A stretch of 64,000 nucleotides of DNA from the human T2T-CHM13v2.0 reference genome, Homo sapiens, in the NCBI RefSeq assembly GCF_009914755.1, contig NC_060933.1; one strand, 5' to 3'. The position numbers and the translations under genes are program-made. Shown one piece after another: positions 27,501-41,160 of the stretch; the first letter of the stretch is position 1, and each line of letters starts with the position of its first letter. The notes under the pieces are model-generated. The model was not told where the DNA came from. It was given only the letters and a program-made list of their open reading frames with translations, and searched no databases.

Positions 27501-30500
27501 CCGAGTGGAATGGCATGGAATGGAATGCAATGGAATGGAATGGAATGGAATCAACTCGAGTGGAAAGGAATGGAATGGAATGGAAAGGAATGGAAGGAAA
27601 TCAACTCGAGTGGAATGGAACGGAATTGAATGGATTGGAATGGATTGCAATGGAATGAAATCGAATGCAATGGAATGGAATCAATCATTCCGAGTGGAAT
27701 GGAAGGGAAAGTAATGGAGTGGAAAGAAGGGAATGGAATCAACCCGAGTGGAATGCAAGGCAATGGAATGGAATGGAAAGGAATGGAATGTAATCAACTC
27801 GATTGCAAAGGAATGGAATGGAATGGAATGGAATGGAATGGAAAGGAATGGAATCAACTCGATTGCAATCGAATGGAATGGAATGGAATGGAATTAACCC
27901 GAATAGAATGGAATGGTATGGAATGGAACGGAACGGAATGGAATGGAACGGAATGGAATGGAACGGAACGGAATTTAATGGAATGGAATGGAATGGAATG
28001 GAATGGAATCAACACGAGTGCAGCGGAATGGAATGGAATGGAATGCAATAGAATGGAATCTTCCGGAATGGAATGGAATGGTATGGAATGGAATGAAATG
28101 CAATGGATTCAACTCGATTGCAATGCAATGGAATAGAATGGAATGGAATGGAATGGAATGGAATTAATTCGAATAGAATGGAATGGAATGGAATGGAACG
28201 GAATGTAACGGAATGGAATGGAATGGAATGGAATGGAATGGTATGGAATGGAATGGAATGGTACGGAATAGAATGGAATGGAACGAATTGTAATGGAATG
28301 GAATTGAATGGAATGGAATGGAATGGAATGGAATCAACGCGAGTGCAGGGGAATGTAATGGAACGGAATGCAATGGAATGGAATTATCCGGAATGGAATG
28401 GAATGGAATGGAATGGAATGGAATGGAATGGAATCAACCCGAGTGCAATGGAATGGAGTGGAATGGAATGGAATGGAATGGAACAACCTGAATGGAATTG
28501 AATGAAATGGAGAGTAAGGGAGTTGAATAGAATCAATCCGAATGTAATGGAATGGAATGCAACGGAATGGAATGGAATGGAATGGAATGGAATGCAATGG
28601 AATGGAATCAACCCGAGTACAATGGAATGGAATGGAATGGAATGGAATGGAATGGAATGGAATGGAATGGAATGCAATGATACGGAATAGAATGGAATGG
28701 AACGAAATGGAGTGGAATGGAATGGAATGGAATGGAATGGAATGGAATGGAATGGAATGGAATGGAATCGTTCCGAGTGGAATAGGAGAGAATGTATTCG
28801 AGTGGAATGGAAAGGAATGGAATCAACCAGAGTGGAATGGAAGGGAATGGAATGGAATGGAAACTAATAGAATGGAATCAACCCGAGAGGAATGGAATGG
28901 AAAGGACTGGAATGGAATGGAATGGAATGGAATCAACTCCATTGTAATGGAATGGAATGGAATGGAATGGAATGGAATGGAATGGAATGGAATTAACCCG
29001 AATACAATGCAATGGAATGGAATGGAACGGAATGGAGTGGAATGAAACGGAATCATCCCGAGTGCAGGGGAATGGAATGCAATGGAATGCAATGGAATGA
29101 AATCATCCGGAATGGAATGGAATGGAATGGAATGCAAAGCAATGGAATCAACTCGATTGCAATGGAATGGAATGGAATGGAAAGGAATACATTGGAATCA
29201 ACCCGAGTGGAATGGAAAGGAAAGGACTGGAATGGAGTGGAATGGAATGGAATGGAATGGAATGGAATCAACTCGATTGGAATGGAATGGAATGGAATGG
29301 AATTAACCCGAATACAATGGAATGGAATGGAATGGAACGGAACGGAATGGAATGGAATGGAATGGAATGGAATGGAATGGAATGGAAACAACCCGACTGC
29401 CGGGGAATGGAATGGAATGGAATGCAATGGAATGGATTCAACTTGAATGGAATGGAAAGAATGGAATCAACAGCAGTGGAATGGCATGGATTGGAATGGA
29501 ATGGAATGGAATCAACCCGAGTACAGGGGAATGGAATGGAATGGAATGCAATGGAATGGAATCATCCGTAATGGAATGGAAAGGAATGGAATGGAATGGA
29601 ATGGAATGGAATGGAATGGAATGGAATCAACTCGATTGCAATCGAATGGAATGGAATGGAATTAACCCAAACAGAATGGAATGGAATGGAATGGAACGGA
29701 ACGGAACGGAATGGAATGGATTGCAATGGAATGGAATGGAATGGAACGGAAAGGAATGGAATGGAATGGAATGGAATGGAATGGAATGGAATGGAATCAA
29801 CGCGAGTGGAGGGGAATGGAATGGAATGGAATGCAATGGAATGGAATCTTCCGGAATGGAATGGAATGGAATGGAATGGAATGGAATGGAATGGAATAAA
29901 CCCGAGTGCAATGGAATGGAGTGGAATGGAATGGAATGGAATGGAACAACCCGAATGGAATGGAATCTAATGGAGAGTAAGGGAGTTGAATAGAATCAAT
30001 CCGAATGTTATGGAATGGAATGGAACGGAATGGAATTGAATGGAATGGAATGGAATGCAATGGAATGGAATCAACCCGAGTTCAATGGAATGGAGAGGAA
30101 TGGAATGGAATGGAATGGAAACTACCCGAATGGAATGGAATGGAATGGAGTGTAAGGGAATTGAATAGAATCAATCCGAATGTAATGGAATGGAATGGAA
30201 CGGAATGGAATGGAATGGAATGGAATGGAATGCAATGGAATGGAATGCAATGGAATGGATTCAACTTGAATGGAATGGAAAGAATGGAATCAACACGAGT
30301 GGAATGGCATGGATTGGAATGGAATGGAATGGAATCAACCCGAGTACAGGGGAATGGAATGGAACGGAATGCAATGGAATGGAATCATCCGTAATGGAAT
30401 GGAAAGGAATGGAATGGAATGGAATGGAATGGAATGGAATGGAATGGAATGGAATGGAATGGAATGGAATCAACTCGATTGCAATCGAATGGAATGGAAT

Positions 30501-33500
30501 GGAATTAACCCGAATAGAATGGAATGGAATGGAATGGAACGGAACGGAATGGAATGGAATGGAATGGAACGGAAAGGAAGGGATTGGAAGGGAATAGAAT
30601 GGAATGGAATGGAATCAACGCGAGTGCAGGGGAATGGAATGGAATGGAATGCAATGGAATGGAATCTTCCGGAATGGAATGGAATGGAATGGAATGGAAT
30701 GGAATGGAATGGAATCAACCCGAGTGCAATGGAATAGAGTGGAATGGAATGGAATGGAATGGAACACCCGAATGGAATGGAATGTAATGGAGAGTAAGGG
30801 AGTTGAAAAGAATCATTCCGAATGTAATGGAATGGAATGGAACGGAATGGAATGGAATGGAATGGAATCAACCCGAGTGCAATGGAATGGAGAGGAATGG
30901 AATGGAATGGAATGGAAACTACCCGAATGGAATGGAATGGAATGGAGTGTAAGGGAATTGAATAGAATCAATCCGAATGGAATGGAAAGAAATGGAACGG
31001 AATGTAATGTAATGGAATGGAATGGAATCAACCCGAGTGCAGGGGAATGGAATGGAATGGAATGCAATGGAATGGAATCATCCGGAATGGAATGGAATGC
31101 AATGCAATGGAATGGAATGGAATGGAATCAACCCGATTGCAATGGAATGGAGTGAAATGGAATGGAATGGAATGGAGACAACCAGAATGGATTGGAATAT
31201 AATGGAGTGTAAGGGAATTGAATAGAATCAATCTGAATGTAATGAAATGGAATGGAACGGAATGGAATGGAATGGAATGCAATGGAATGGAATCAACCCG
31301 AGTGCAATCGAATGGAATCGAATGGAATGGAATGCAATGGAATGGATTCAACTTGAATGGAATGGAAAGAATGGAATCAACACGAGTGGAATGGCATGGA
31401 TTGGAATGGAATGGAATGGAATCAACCCGAGTATAGGGGAATGGAATGGTATGGAATGCAATGGAATGGAATCATCCGTAATGGAATGGAAAGGAATGGA
31501 ATGGAATGGAATGGAATGGAATGGAATGGAATCAACTCGATTGCAATCGAATGGAATGGAATGGAATTAACCCGAATAGAATGGAATGGAATGGAATGGA
31601 ACGGAACGGAATGGAATGGAATGGAATGGAATGGAATGGAACGGAAAGGAAGGGAATGGAATGGAATAGAATGGAATGGAATGGAATCAACGCGAGTGGA
31701 GGGGAATGGAATGGAATGGAATGCAATGGAATGGAATCTTCCGGAATGGAATGGAATGGAATGGAATGGAATGGAATGGAATCAACCCGAGTGCAATGGA
31801 ATGGAGTGGAATGGAATGGAATGGAATGGAACAACCCGAATGGAATGGAATGTAATGGAGAGTAAGGGAGTTGAATAGAATCAATCCGAATGAAATGTAA
31901 TGGAATGGAACGGAATGGAATTGAATGGAATGGAATGGAATGCAATGGAATGGAATCAACCCGAGTGCAATGGAATGGAGAGGAATGGAATGGAATGGAA
32001 TGGAAACTACCCAAATGGAATGGAATGTAATGGAGTGTAAGGGAATTGAATAGAATCAATCCGAATGTAATGGAAGGGAATGGAACGGAATGGAATGGAA
32101 TGGAATGGAATGGAATGGAATACAATGGAATGGAATCAAACCGAGTGCAATCGAATGGAATCGAATGGAATGGAATGCAATGGAATGGATTCAACTTGAA
32201 TGGAATGGAAAGAATGGAATCAACACGAGTGGAATGGCATGGATTGGAATGGAATGGAATGGAATCAACCCGAATACAGGGGAATGGAATGGAATGGAAT
32301 GCAATGGAATGGAATCATCCGTAATGGAATGGAAAGGAATGGAAAAGAATGGAATGGAATGGAATGGAATGGAATGGAATCAAATCGATTGCAATCGAAT
32401 GGAATGGAATGGAATTAACCCGAATAGAATTGAATGGAATGGAATGGAACGGAACGGAATGGAATGGAATGGAATGGAATGGAATGGAACGGAACGGAAC
32501 GGAATGGAATGGAATGGAATGGAATGGAATGGAATCAACGCGAGTGCAGGGGAATGGAATGGAATGGAATGCAATGGAATGGAATCTTCCGGAATGGAAT
32601 GGAATGGAATGGAATGGAATGAAATGCAATGGAATCAACTCGATTGGAATGGAATGGAATGGAATGGAATGGAATGGAATGGAATGGAATGGAATGGAAT
32701 GGAATTAACCCGAATAGAATGGAAAGGAATGGAATGGAACGGAATGGAACGGAACGGAATGGAATGGAATGGAATGGAATGGAATGGAATGGAATGGAAT
32801 GGAATCAACCCGACTGCAGGGGAATGGAATGGAATGGAATGCAATGGAATGGATTCAACTTGAATGGAATGGAAAGAATGAAATCAACACGAGCGGAATG
32901 GCATGGAGTGGAATGGAATGGAATGGAATGGAATGGAATCGTTCCGAGTGGAATAGGAGGGAATGTATTCGAGTGGAATGGAAAGGAATGGAATCAACCA
33001 GAGTGGAATGGAAGGTAATGGAATGGAATGGAAACTAATAGAATGGAATCAACCCGAGTGGAATGGAATGGAAATGACAGGAATGGAATGGAATGGAATG
33101 GAATGGAATGGAATCAACTCGATTGTAATGGAATGGAATGGAATGGAATGGAATTAACCCGAATACAATGGAATGGAATGGAATGGAACGGAATGGAGTG
33201 GAAAGGAATGGAATCAACCCGAGTGCAGGGGAATGGAATGGAATGGAATGCAATGGAATGAAATCATCCGGAATGGAATGGAATGGAATGGAATGCAAAG
33301 CAATGGAATCAACTCGATTGCAATAGAATGGAATGGAATGGAAAGGAATACATTGGAATCAACCCGAGTGGAATGGAGTGGAAAGGACTGGAATGGAGTG
33401 GAATGGAATGGAACGGAACGGAACGGAAGGGAACGGAATGGAATGGAATGGAATGGAATGGAATGGAATGGAATGGAATCAACTTGAATGGAATGGAAAG

Positions 33501-34520
33501 AATGGAATCAACACGAGTGGAATGGCATGGATTGGAATGTAATGGAATGGAATCAACCCGAGTACAGGGGAATGGAATGGAATGGAATGCAATGGAATGG
33601 AATCATCCGTAATGGAATGGAAAGGAATGGAATGGAATGGAATGGAATGGAATGGAATGGAATGGAATCAACTCGATTGCAATCGAATGGAATGGAATGG
33701 AATTAACCCGAATAGAATGGAATGGAATGGAATGGAACGGAACGGAACGGAACGGAATGGAACGGAACGGAATGGAATGGAATGGAATGGAATGGAATGG
33801 AATGGAAAGGAAAGGAATGGAATGGAATGGAATGGAATGGAATGGAATGGAATGGAATCAACCCGAGTGCAGGGGAATGGAATGGAATGTAATGCAATGG
33901 AATGGAATCTTCCGGAATGGAATGGAATGGAATGGAATGGAACGGAATGGAATGGAATGGAATAAACCCGAGTGCAATGGAATGGAGTGGAATGGAATGG
34001 AACAACCCGAATGGAATGGAATGTAATGGAGAGTAAGGGAGTTGAATAGAGTCAATCCGAATGTAATGGAATGGAATGGAACGGAATGGAATTGAAAGGA
34101 ATGGAATGGAATGCAATGGAATGGAATCAACCCGAGTGCAATGGAATGGAGAGGAATGGAATGGAATGGAATGGAAACTACCCGAATGGAATGGAATGTA
34201 ATGGAGTGTAAGGGAATTGAATAGAATGAATCCGAAGGTAATGGAATGGAATGGAACGTAATGGAATGGAATGGAATTGAATGGAATGGAATGGAATGGA
34301 ATGCAATGGAATGGAATCAACCCGAGTGAAATCGAAGGGAATCGAATGGAATGGAATACAATGGAATGGATTCAACTTGAATGGAATGGAAAGAATGGAA
34401 TCAACACGAGTGGAAGGGCATGGATTGGAATGCAATGGAATGGAATCAACCCGAGTACAGGGGAATGGAATGGAATGGAATGCAATGGAATGGAATCATC
34501 CGTAATGGAATGGAAAGGAA
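24595..34520 (+). repeat. Large duplication, copy A (paralogous to ~46255-57460)
   Basis: Many private variants are shared at offset 21662 before ~25.7 kb and at ~22.85 kb after it. ORF-track pairs 25269/46931, 27031/49884, 30005/52853 and 32046/54894 agree. Confidence 0.9.
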
Positions 34521-37500
34521 TGGAATGGAATGGAATGGAATGGAATGGAATGGAATCAAATCGATTGCAATCGAATGGAATGGAATGGAATTAACCCGAA
34601 TAGAATGGAATGGAATGGAATGGAACGGAACGGAATGGAATGGAATGGAATGGAATGGAATGGAACGGAACGGAATGGAATGGAATGGAATGGAATGGAA
34701 TGGAATGGAATCAACGCGAGTGCAGGGGAATGGAATGGAATGGAATGCAATGGAATGGAATCTTCCGGAATGGAATGGAATGGAATGGAATGGAATGAAA
34801 TGCAATGGAATCAACTCGATTGGAATGGAATGGAATGGAATGGAATGGAATGGAATGGAATGGAATGGAATTAACCCGAATAGAATGGAAAGGAATGGAA
34901 TGGAACGGAACGGAACGGAACGGAATGGAATGGAATGGAATGGAATGGAATGGAATGGAATCAACCCGACTGCAGGGGAATGGAATGGAATGGAATGCAA
35001 TGGAATGGATTCAACTTGAATGGAATGGAAAGAATGAAATCAACACGAGTGGAATGGCATGGTTTGGAATGGAATGGAATGGAATGAACCCGAGTACAGG
35101 GGAATGGAATGGAATGGAGTGCAATGGAATGGAATCATCCGTAATGGAATGGAAAGGAATGGAAAGGAATGGAATGGAATGGAATGGAATGGAATGGAAT
35201 GGAATGGAATGGAATCAACTCGATTGCAATCGAACGGAATGGACTGGAATTAACCCGAATGGAATGGAATGGAATGGAATGGAAGGGAATGGAACGGAAC
35301 GGAATGGAATGGAATGGAATGGAATGGAATGGAATGGAACGGAAAGGAATGGAATGGAATGGAATGGAATGGAATGGAATGGAATGGAATCAAGGCGAGT
35401 GCAGGGGAATGGAATGGAATGGAATGCAATGGAATGGAATCTTCCGGAATGGAATGGAATGGAATGGAATGGAATGGAATGGAATGGAATGGAATAAACC
35501 CGAGTGCAATGGAATGGAGTGGAATGGAATGGAATGGAATGGAACAACCCGAATGGAATGGAATGTAATGGAGACTAAGGGAGTTGAATAGAATCAATCC
35601 GAATGTAATGGAATGGAATGGAACGGAATGGAATTGAATGGAATGGAATTGAATGCAATGGAATGGAATCAACCTGAGTGCAATGGAATGGAGAGGAATG
35701 GAATGGAATGGAATGAAAACTACCCGAATGGAATGGAATGTAATGGAGTGTAAGGGAATTGAATAGAATCAATCCGAATGTAATGGAATGGAATGGAACG
35801 GAATGCAATGCCATGGAATCAACCCGAGTGCAATCGAATGGAATCGAATGGAATGGAATGCAATGGAATGGATTCAACTTGAATGGAATGGAAAGAATGG
35901 AATCAACACGAGTGGAATGGCATGGATTGGAATGGAATGGAATAGAATCAACCCGAGTACAGGGGAATGGAATGGAATGGAATGAAAGGGAATGGAATCA
36001 CCCGTAATGTAATGGAAAGGAATGGAATGGAATGGAATGGAATGGAATGGAATGGAATGGAATGGAATCAACTCGATTGCAATTGAATGGAATGGAATGG
36101 AATTAACCAGAATAGAATGGAATGGAATGGAATGGAATGGAACGGAACGGAATGGAATGGAATGGAATGGAAAGGAACGGATCGGAATGGAATGGAATGG
36201 AATGGAATGGAATGGAATGGAATCAACGCGAGTGCAGGGGAATGGAATGGAATGGAATGCAATGGAATGGAAACTTCCGGAATGGAATGGATTGGAATGG
36301 AATAGAATGGAATGGAATGGAATGGAATGGAATCAACCCGAGTACAGGGGAATGGAATGGAATGTAATGCAATGGAATGGAATCATCCGTAATGGAATGG
36401 AAAGGAATGGAATGGAATGGAATGGAATCAACTCGATTGCAATCGAATGGAATGGAATAGAATGGAACGGAAAGGAATGGAATGGAATGGAATGGAATGG
36501 AATGGAATGGAATGGAATGGAATGGAATCAACGCGAGTGCAGGGGAATGGAAAGGAATGGAATGCAATGGAATGGAATCTTCCGGAATGGAATGGAATGG
36601 AATGGAATGGAATTGAATAAACCCGAGTGCAATGGAATGGAGTGGAATGGAATGGAATGGAATGGAATGAAATGGAATGGAATGTAATGAAGAGTAAGGG
36701 AGTTGAATAGAATCAATCCAAATGTAATGGAATGGATTGGAACGGAATGGAATTGAATGGAATGGAATGGAATGCAATGGAATGGAATCAACCCGAGTGC
36801 AATGGAATGGAGAGGAATGGAATGGAATGGAATGGAAACTACCCGAATGGAATGGAATGTAATGGAGTGTAAGGGAATTGAATAGAATCAATCCGAATGT
36901 AATGGAATGGAATGGAACGGAATGGAATGGAATGAAATGGAATGGAAAGGAAAGGAATGGAATGCAATGGAATGGAATCAACCCGAGTGCAATCGAATGG
37001 AATCGAATGGAATGGAATGCAATGGAATGGATTCAACTTGAATGGAATGGAAAGAATGGAATCAACACGAGTGGAAGGGCATGGATTGGAATGAAATGGA
37101 ATGGAATCAACCCGAGTACAGGGGAATGGAATGGAATGGAATGCAATGAAATGGAATCATCCGTAATGGAATGGAAAGGAATGGAATGGAATGGAATGGA
37201 ATGGAATGGAATGGAATGGAATCAACACGATTGCAATCGAATGGAATGGAATGGAATTAACCCGAATAGAAAGGAATGGAATGGAATGGAAAGAACGGAA
37301 TGGAACGGAATGGAATGGAATGGAATGGAACGGAACAGAACGGAATGGAATGGAATGGAATGCAATGGAATGGAATGGAATCAACGCGAGTGCAGGGGAA
37401 TGGAATGGAATGGAATGCAATGGAATGGAATCTTCCGGAATGGAATGGAATGGAATGGAATGGAATGGAATGAAATGCAATGGATTCAACTCGATTGTAA

Positions 37501-39269
37501 TGGAATGGAATGGAATGGAATGGAATGGAATGGAATGGAATCAACCCGAGTGCAATGGAATGGAGTGGAATGGAATGGAATGGAATGGAACAACCCGAAT
37601 GGAATGGAATATAATGGAGAGTAAGGGAGTTTAATAGAATCAATCCGAATGTAATGGAATGGAATGCAACGGAATGGAATGGAATGGAATGGAATGGAAT
37701 GCAATGGAATGGAATCAACCCGAGTACAATGGAATGGAATGGAATGGAATGGAATGGAATGGAATGGAATCATCCGGAATGGAATGGAATGGAATGGAAT
37801 GGAATGGAATGGAATGGAATGGAATCAACTCGATTTCAATGGAATGGAATGGAATAGAATGGAATGGAATTAAGACGAAAGAATGGAATGGAATGGAATG
37901 GAATGGAAAAGAAAGGAATGTAATGGAATGGAATGGAATCAACCCAAGTGCAGGGGAATGGAATGCAATGGAATTCAATGGAATGGAATCATCCGGAATG
38001 GAATGGAATGGAATTTAATGGAATGGAATGGAATGGAATCAACCCGAGTGCAATGGAATGGAGAGGAATGGAATGGAATGGAATGGAAACTACACGAATG
38101 GAATGGAATGTAATGGAGTGTAAGGGAATTGAATAGAATGAATCCGAATGGAATGGAATGGAATGGAATGGAAAGGAATGGAATGGAATGGAATGGAATG
38201 GAATGGAATGCAATGCCATGGAATCAACCCGAGTGCAATCGAATTTAATCGAATGGAATGGAATGCAATGTAATGGATTCAACTTGAATGGAATGGAAAG
38301 AATGGAATCAACACGAGTGGAATGGCATGGATTGGAATGGAATGGAATGGAATCAACTCGATTGCAATCGAATGGAATGGAATGGAATTAACCCGAATAG
38401 AATGGAATGGAATGGAATGGAATGGCACGGAACAGAATGGAATGGAATGGAATGGAATGGAACGGATCGGAAGGGAATGGAATGGAATGGAATGGAATGG
38501 AATGGAATCAACGCGAGTACAGGGGAATGGAATGGAATGGAATGCAATGGAATGGAATCTTCCGGAATGGAATGGAATGGAATGGAATAGAATGGAATGG
38601 AATGGAATGGAATGGAATCAACCCGAGTACAGGGGAATGGAATGGAATGTAATGCAGTGGAATGGAATCATCCGTAATGGAATGGAAAGGAATGGAATGG
38701 AATGGAATGGAATGGAATGGAATGGAATCAACTCGATTGCAACGGAATGGAATGGAATGGAATTAACCCGAATAGAATGGAATGGAATGGAACGGAACGT
38801 AACGGAACGGAATGGAATGGAATGGAATGGAACGGAACGGAACGGAACGGAATGGAATGGAATGGAATGGAATGGAATCAACGCGAGTGCAGGGGAATGG
38901 AATGGAATGGAATGCAATGGAATGGAATCTTCCGGAATGGAATGGAATGGAATGGAATAGAATGAAATGCAATGGATTCAACTCGATTGCAATGGAATGG
39001 AATAGAATGGAATGGAATGGAATTAACCCGAATAGAATGGAATGGAATGCAATGGAACGGAATGGAACGGAATGGAATGGAATGGAATGGAAGGGAATGG
39101 TATGGAATGGAATGGAATGGTACGGAATAGAATGGAATGGAACGAATTGTAATGGAATGGAATTCAATGGAATGGAATGGAATCAACGCGAGTGCAGGGG
39201 AATGTAATGGAACGGAATGCAATGGAATGGAATCATCCGGAACGGAATGGAATGGAATGGAATGGAATG

Positions 39270-41160
39270 GAATGGAATGGAATCAACCCGAGTGCAATGG
39301 AATGGAGTGGAATGGAATGGAATGGAATGGAACATCCCGAATGGAATGGAATGTAATGGAGAGTAAGGGAGTTGAATAGAATCAATCCGAATGTAATGGA
39401 ATGGAATGCAACGGAATGGAGTGGAATGGAGTGGAATCAACCCGAGTGCAGGGGAATTGAATGGAATGGAATGCAATGGAATGGAATCATCCGGAATGGA
39501 ATGGAATGGAATGGAATGCAAAGCAATGGAATCAACTCGATTGCAATGGAATGGAATGGAATGGAAAGGAATACATTGGAATCAACCCGAGTGGAATGGA
39601 ATGGAAAGGACTGCAATGGAGTGGAATGGAATGGAATGGAATGCAAAGCAATGGAATCAACTCGATTGCAATGGAATGGAATGGAATGGAAAGGAATACA
39701 TTGGAATCAACCCGAGTGGAATGGAATGGAAAGGACTGGAATGGAGTGGAATGGAATGGAATGGAATGGAATGGAATCAACTCGATTGGAATGGTATGGA
39801 ATGGAATGGAATGGAATGGAATTAACCCGAATAGAATGGAATGGAATGGAATGGAACGGAATGGAATGGAATGGAATGGAATGGAATGGAATGGAATGCA
39901 ATGGAATGGAATCAACCCGAGTGCAATCGAATGGAATCGAATGGAATGGAATGCAATGGAATGGATTCAACTTGAATGGAATGGAAAGAATGGAATGAAC
40001 ACGAGTGGAAAGGCATGGATTGGAATGCAATGGAATGGAATCAACCCGAGTACAGGGGAATGGAATGGAATGGAATGCAATGGAATGGAATCATCCGTAA
40101 TGGAATGGAAAGGAATGGAATGGAATAGAATGGAATGGAATGGAATAAACACGATTGCAATAGAATGGAATGGAATGGAATTAACCCGAATAGAATGGAA
40201 TGGAATGGAATGGAACGGAACGGAATGGAATGGAATGGAATGGAATGGAATGGAACGGAATGGAATGGAATGGAATGGAATGGAATGGAATCAACGCGAG
40301 TGAAGGGGAATGGAATGTAATGGAAGGCAATGGAACGGAATCTTCCGGAATGGAATGGAATGGAATGGAATGGAATCAACCCGAGTGCAATGGAATGGAG
40401 TGGAATGGAATGGAATGGAATGGAACAACCCGAATGGAATCGAATGTAATGGAGAGTAAGGGAGTTGAATAGAATCAATCCGAATGTAATGGAAAGGAAT
40501 GGAACGGAATGGAATGGAATGGAATGGAATGCAATGGAATGGAATCAACCCGAGTGCAATGGAATGGAGAGGAGTGGAATGGAAAGGAATGGAATCAACC
40601 CGAGTGGAATGGCATGGAATGGAATGGAATGGAATGGAATGGAATGGAATGGAATGGAATGGTTCGGAATAGAATGGATTGGAACAAAATGGAATGGAAT
40701 GGAATGGAATGGAATGGAATGGAATGGAATGGTTCGGAATAGAATGGATTGGAGCAAAATGGAATGGAATGGAATGGGATGGAATGGAATGGAATGGAAT
40801 GGAATCAAGTCGATTGCAATGGAATAGAATGGAATGGAATGGAACGGATTGGAATGGAATGGAATGGAATGGAATGGAATTAAATGGAATGGAATGGAAT
40901 CAACCCGAGTGCAGGGGAAAGGAATGGAATGGAATGCAATGGAATGGAATGGAATGGAATCAACTCGAGTGGAAAGGAATGGAATGGAATGGAAAGGAAT
41001 GGAATGAAGTCAACTCGAGTGGAATGGAATGGAATGGTATGGATTGGAATGGATTGCAATGGAATGAAACGGAATGGAATGGAATGGAATCAATCATTCC
41101 GAGTGGAATGGAAGGGAATCTAATGGAGTGGAAAGAAGGGAATGGAGTCAACCCGAGTGG
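39270..41160 (+). repeat. Duplicated block, paralogous to ~62120-64000 (offset ~22.84 kb; the partner runs off the window end)
   Basis: Shares an internal 125-bp tandem duplication, a doubled GGTTCGGAATAG word, GAGTGAAGGGG, GAATAAACACG and GGAATCTAATGGAG. ORF-track pairs 39372/62219 and 40465/63312 agree. Confidence 0.9.
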
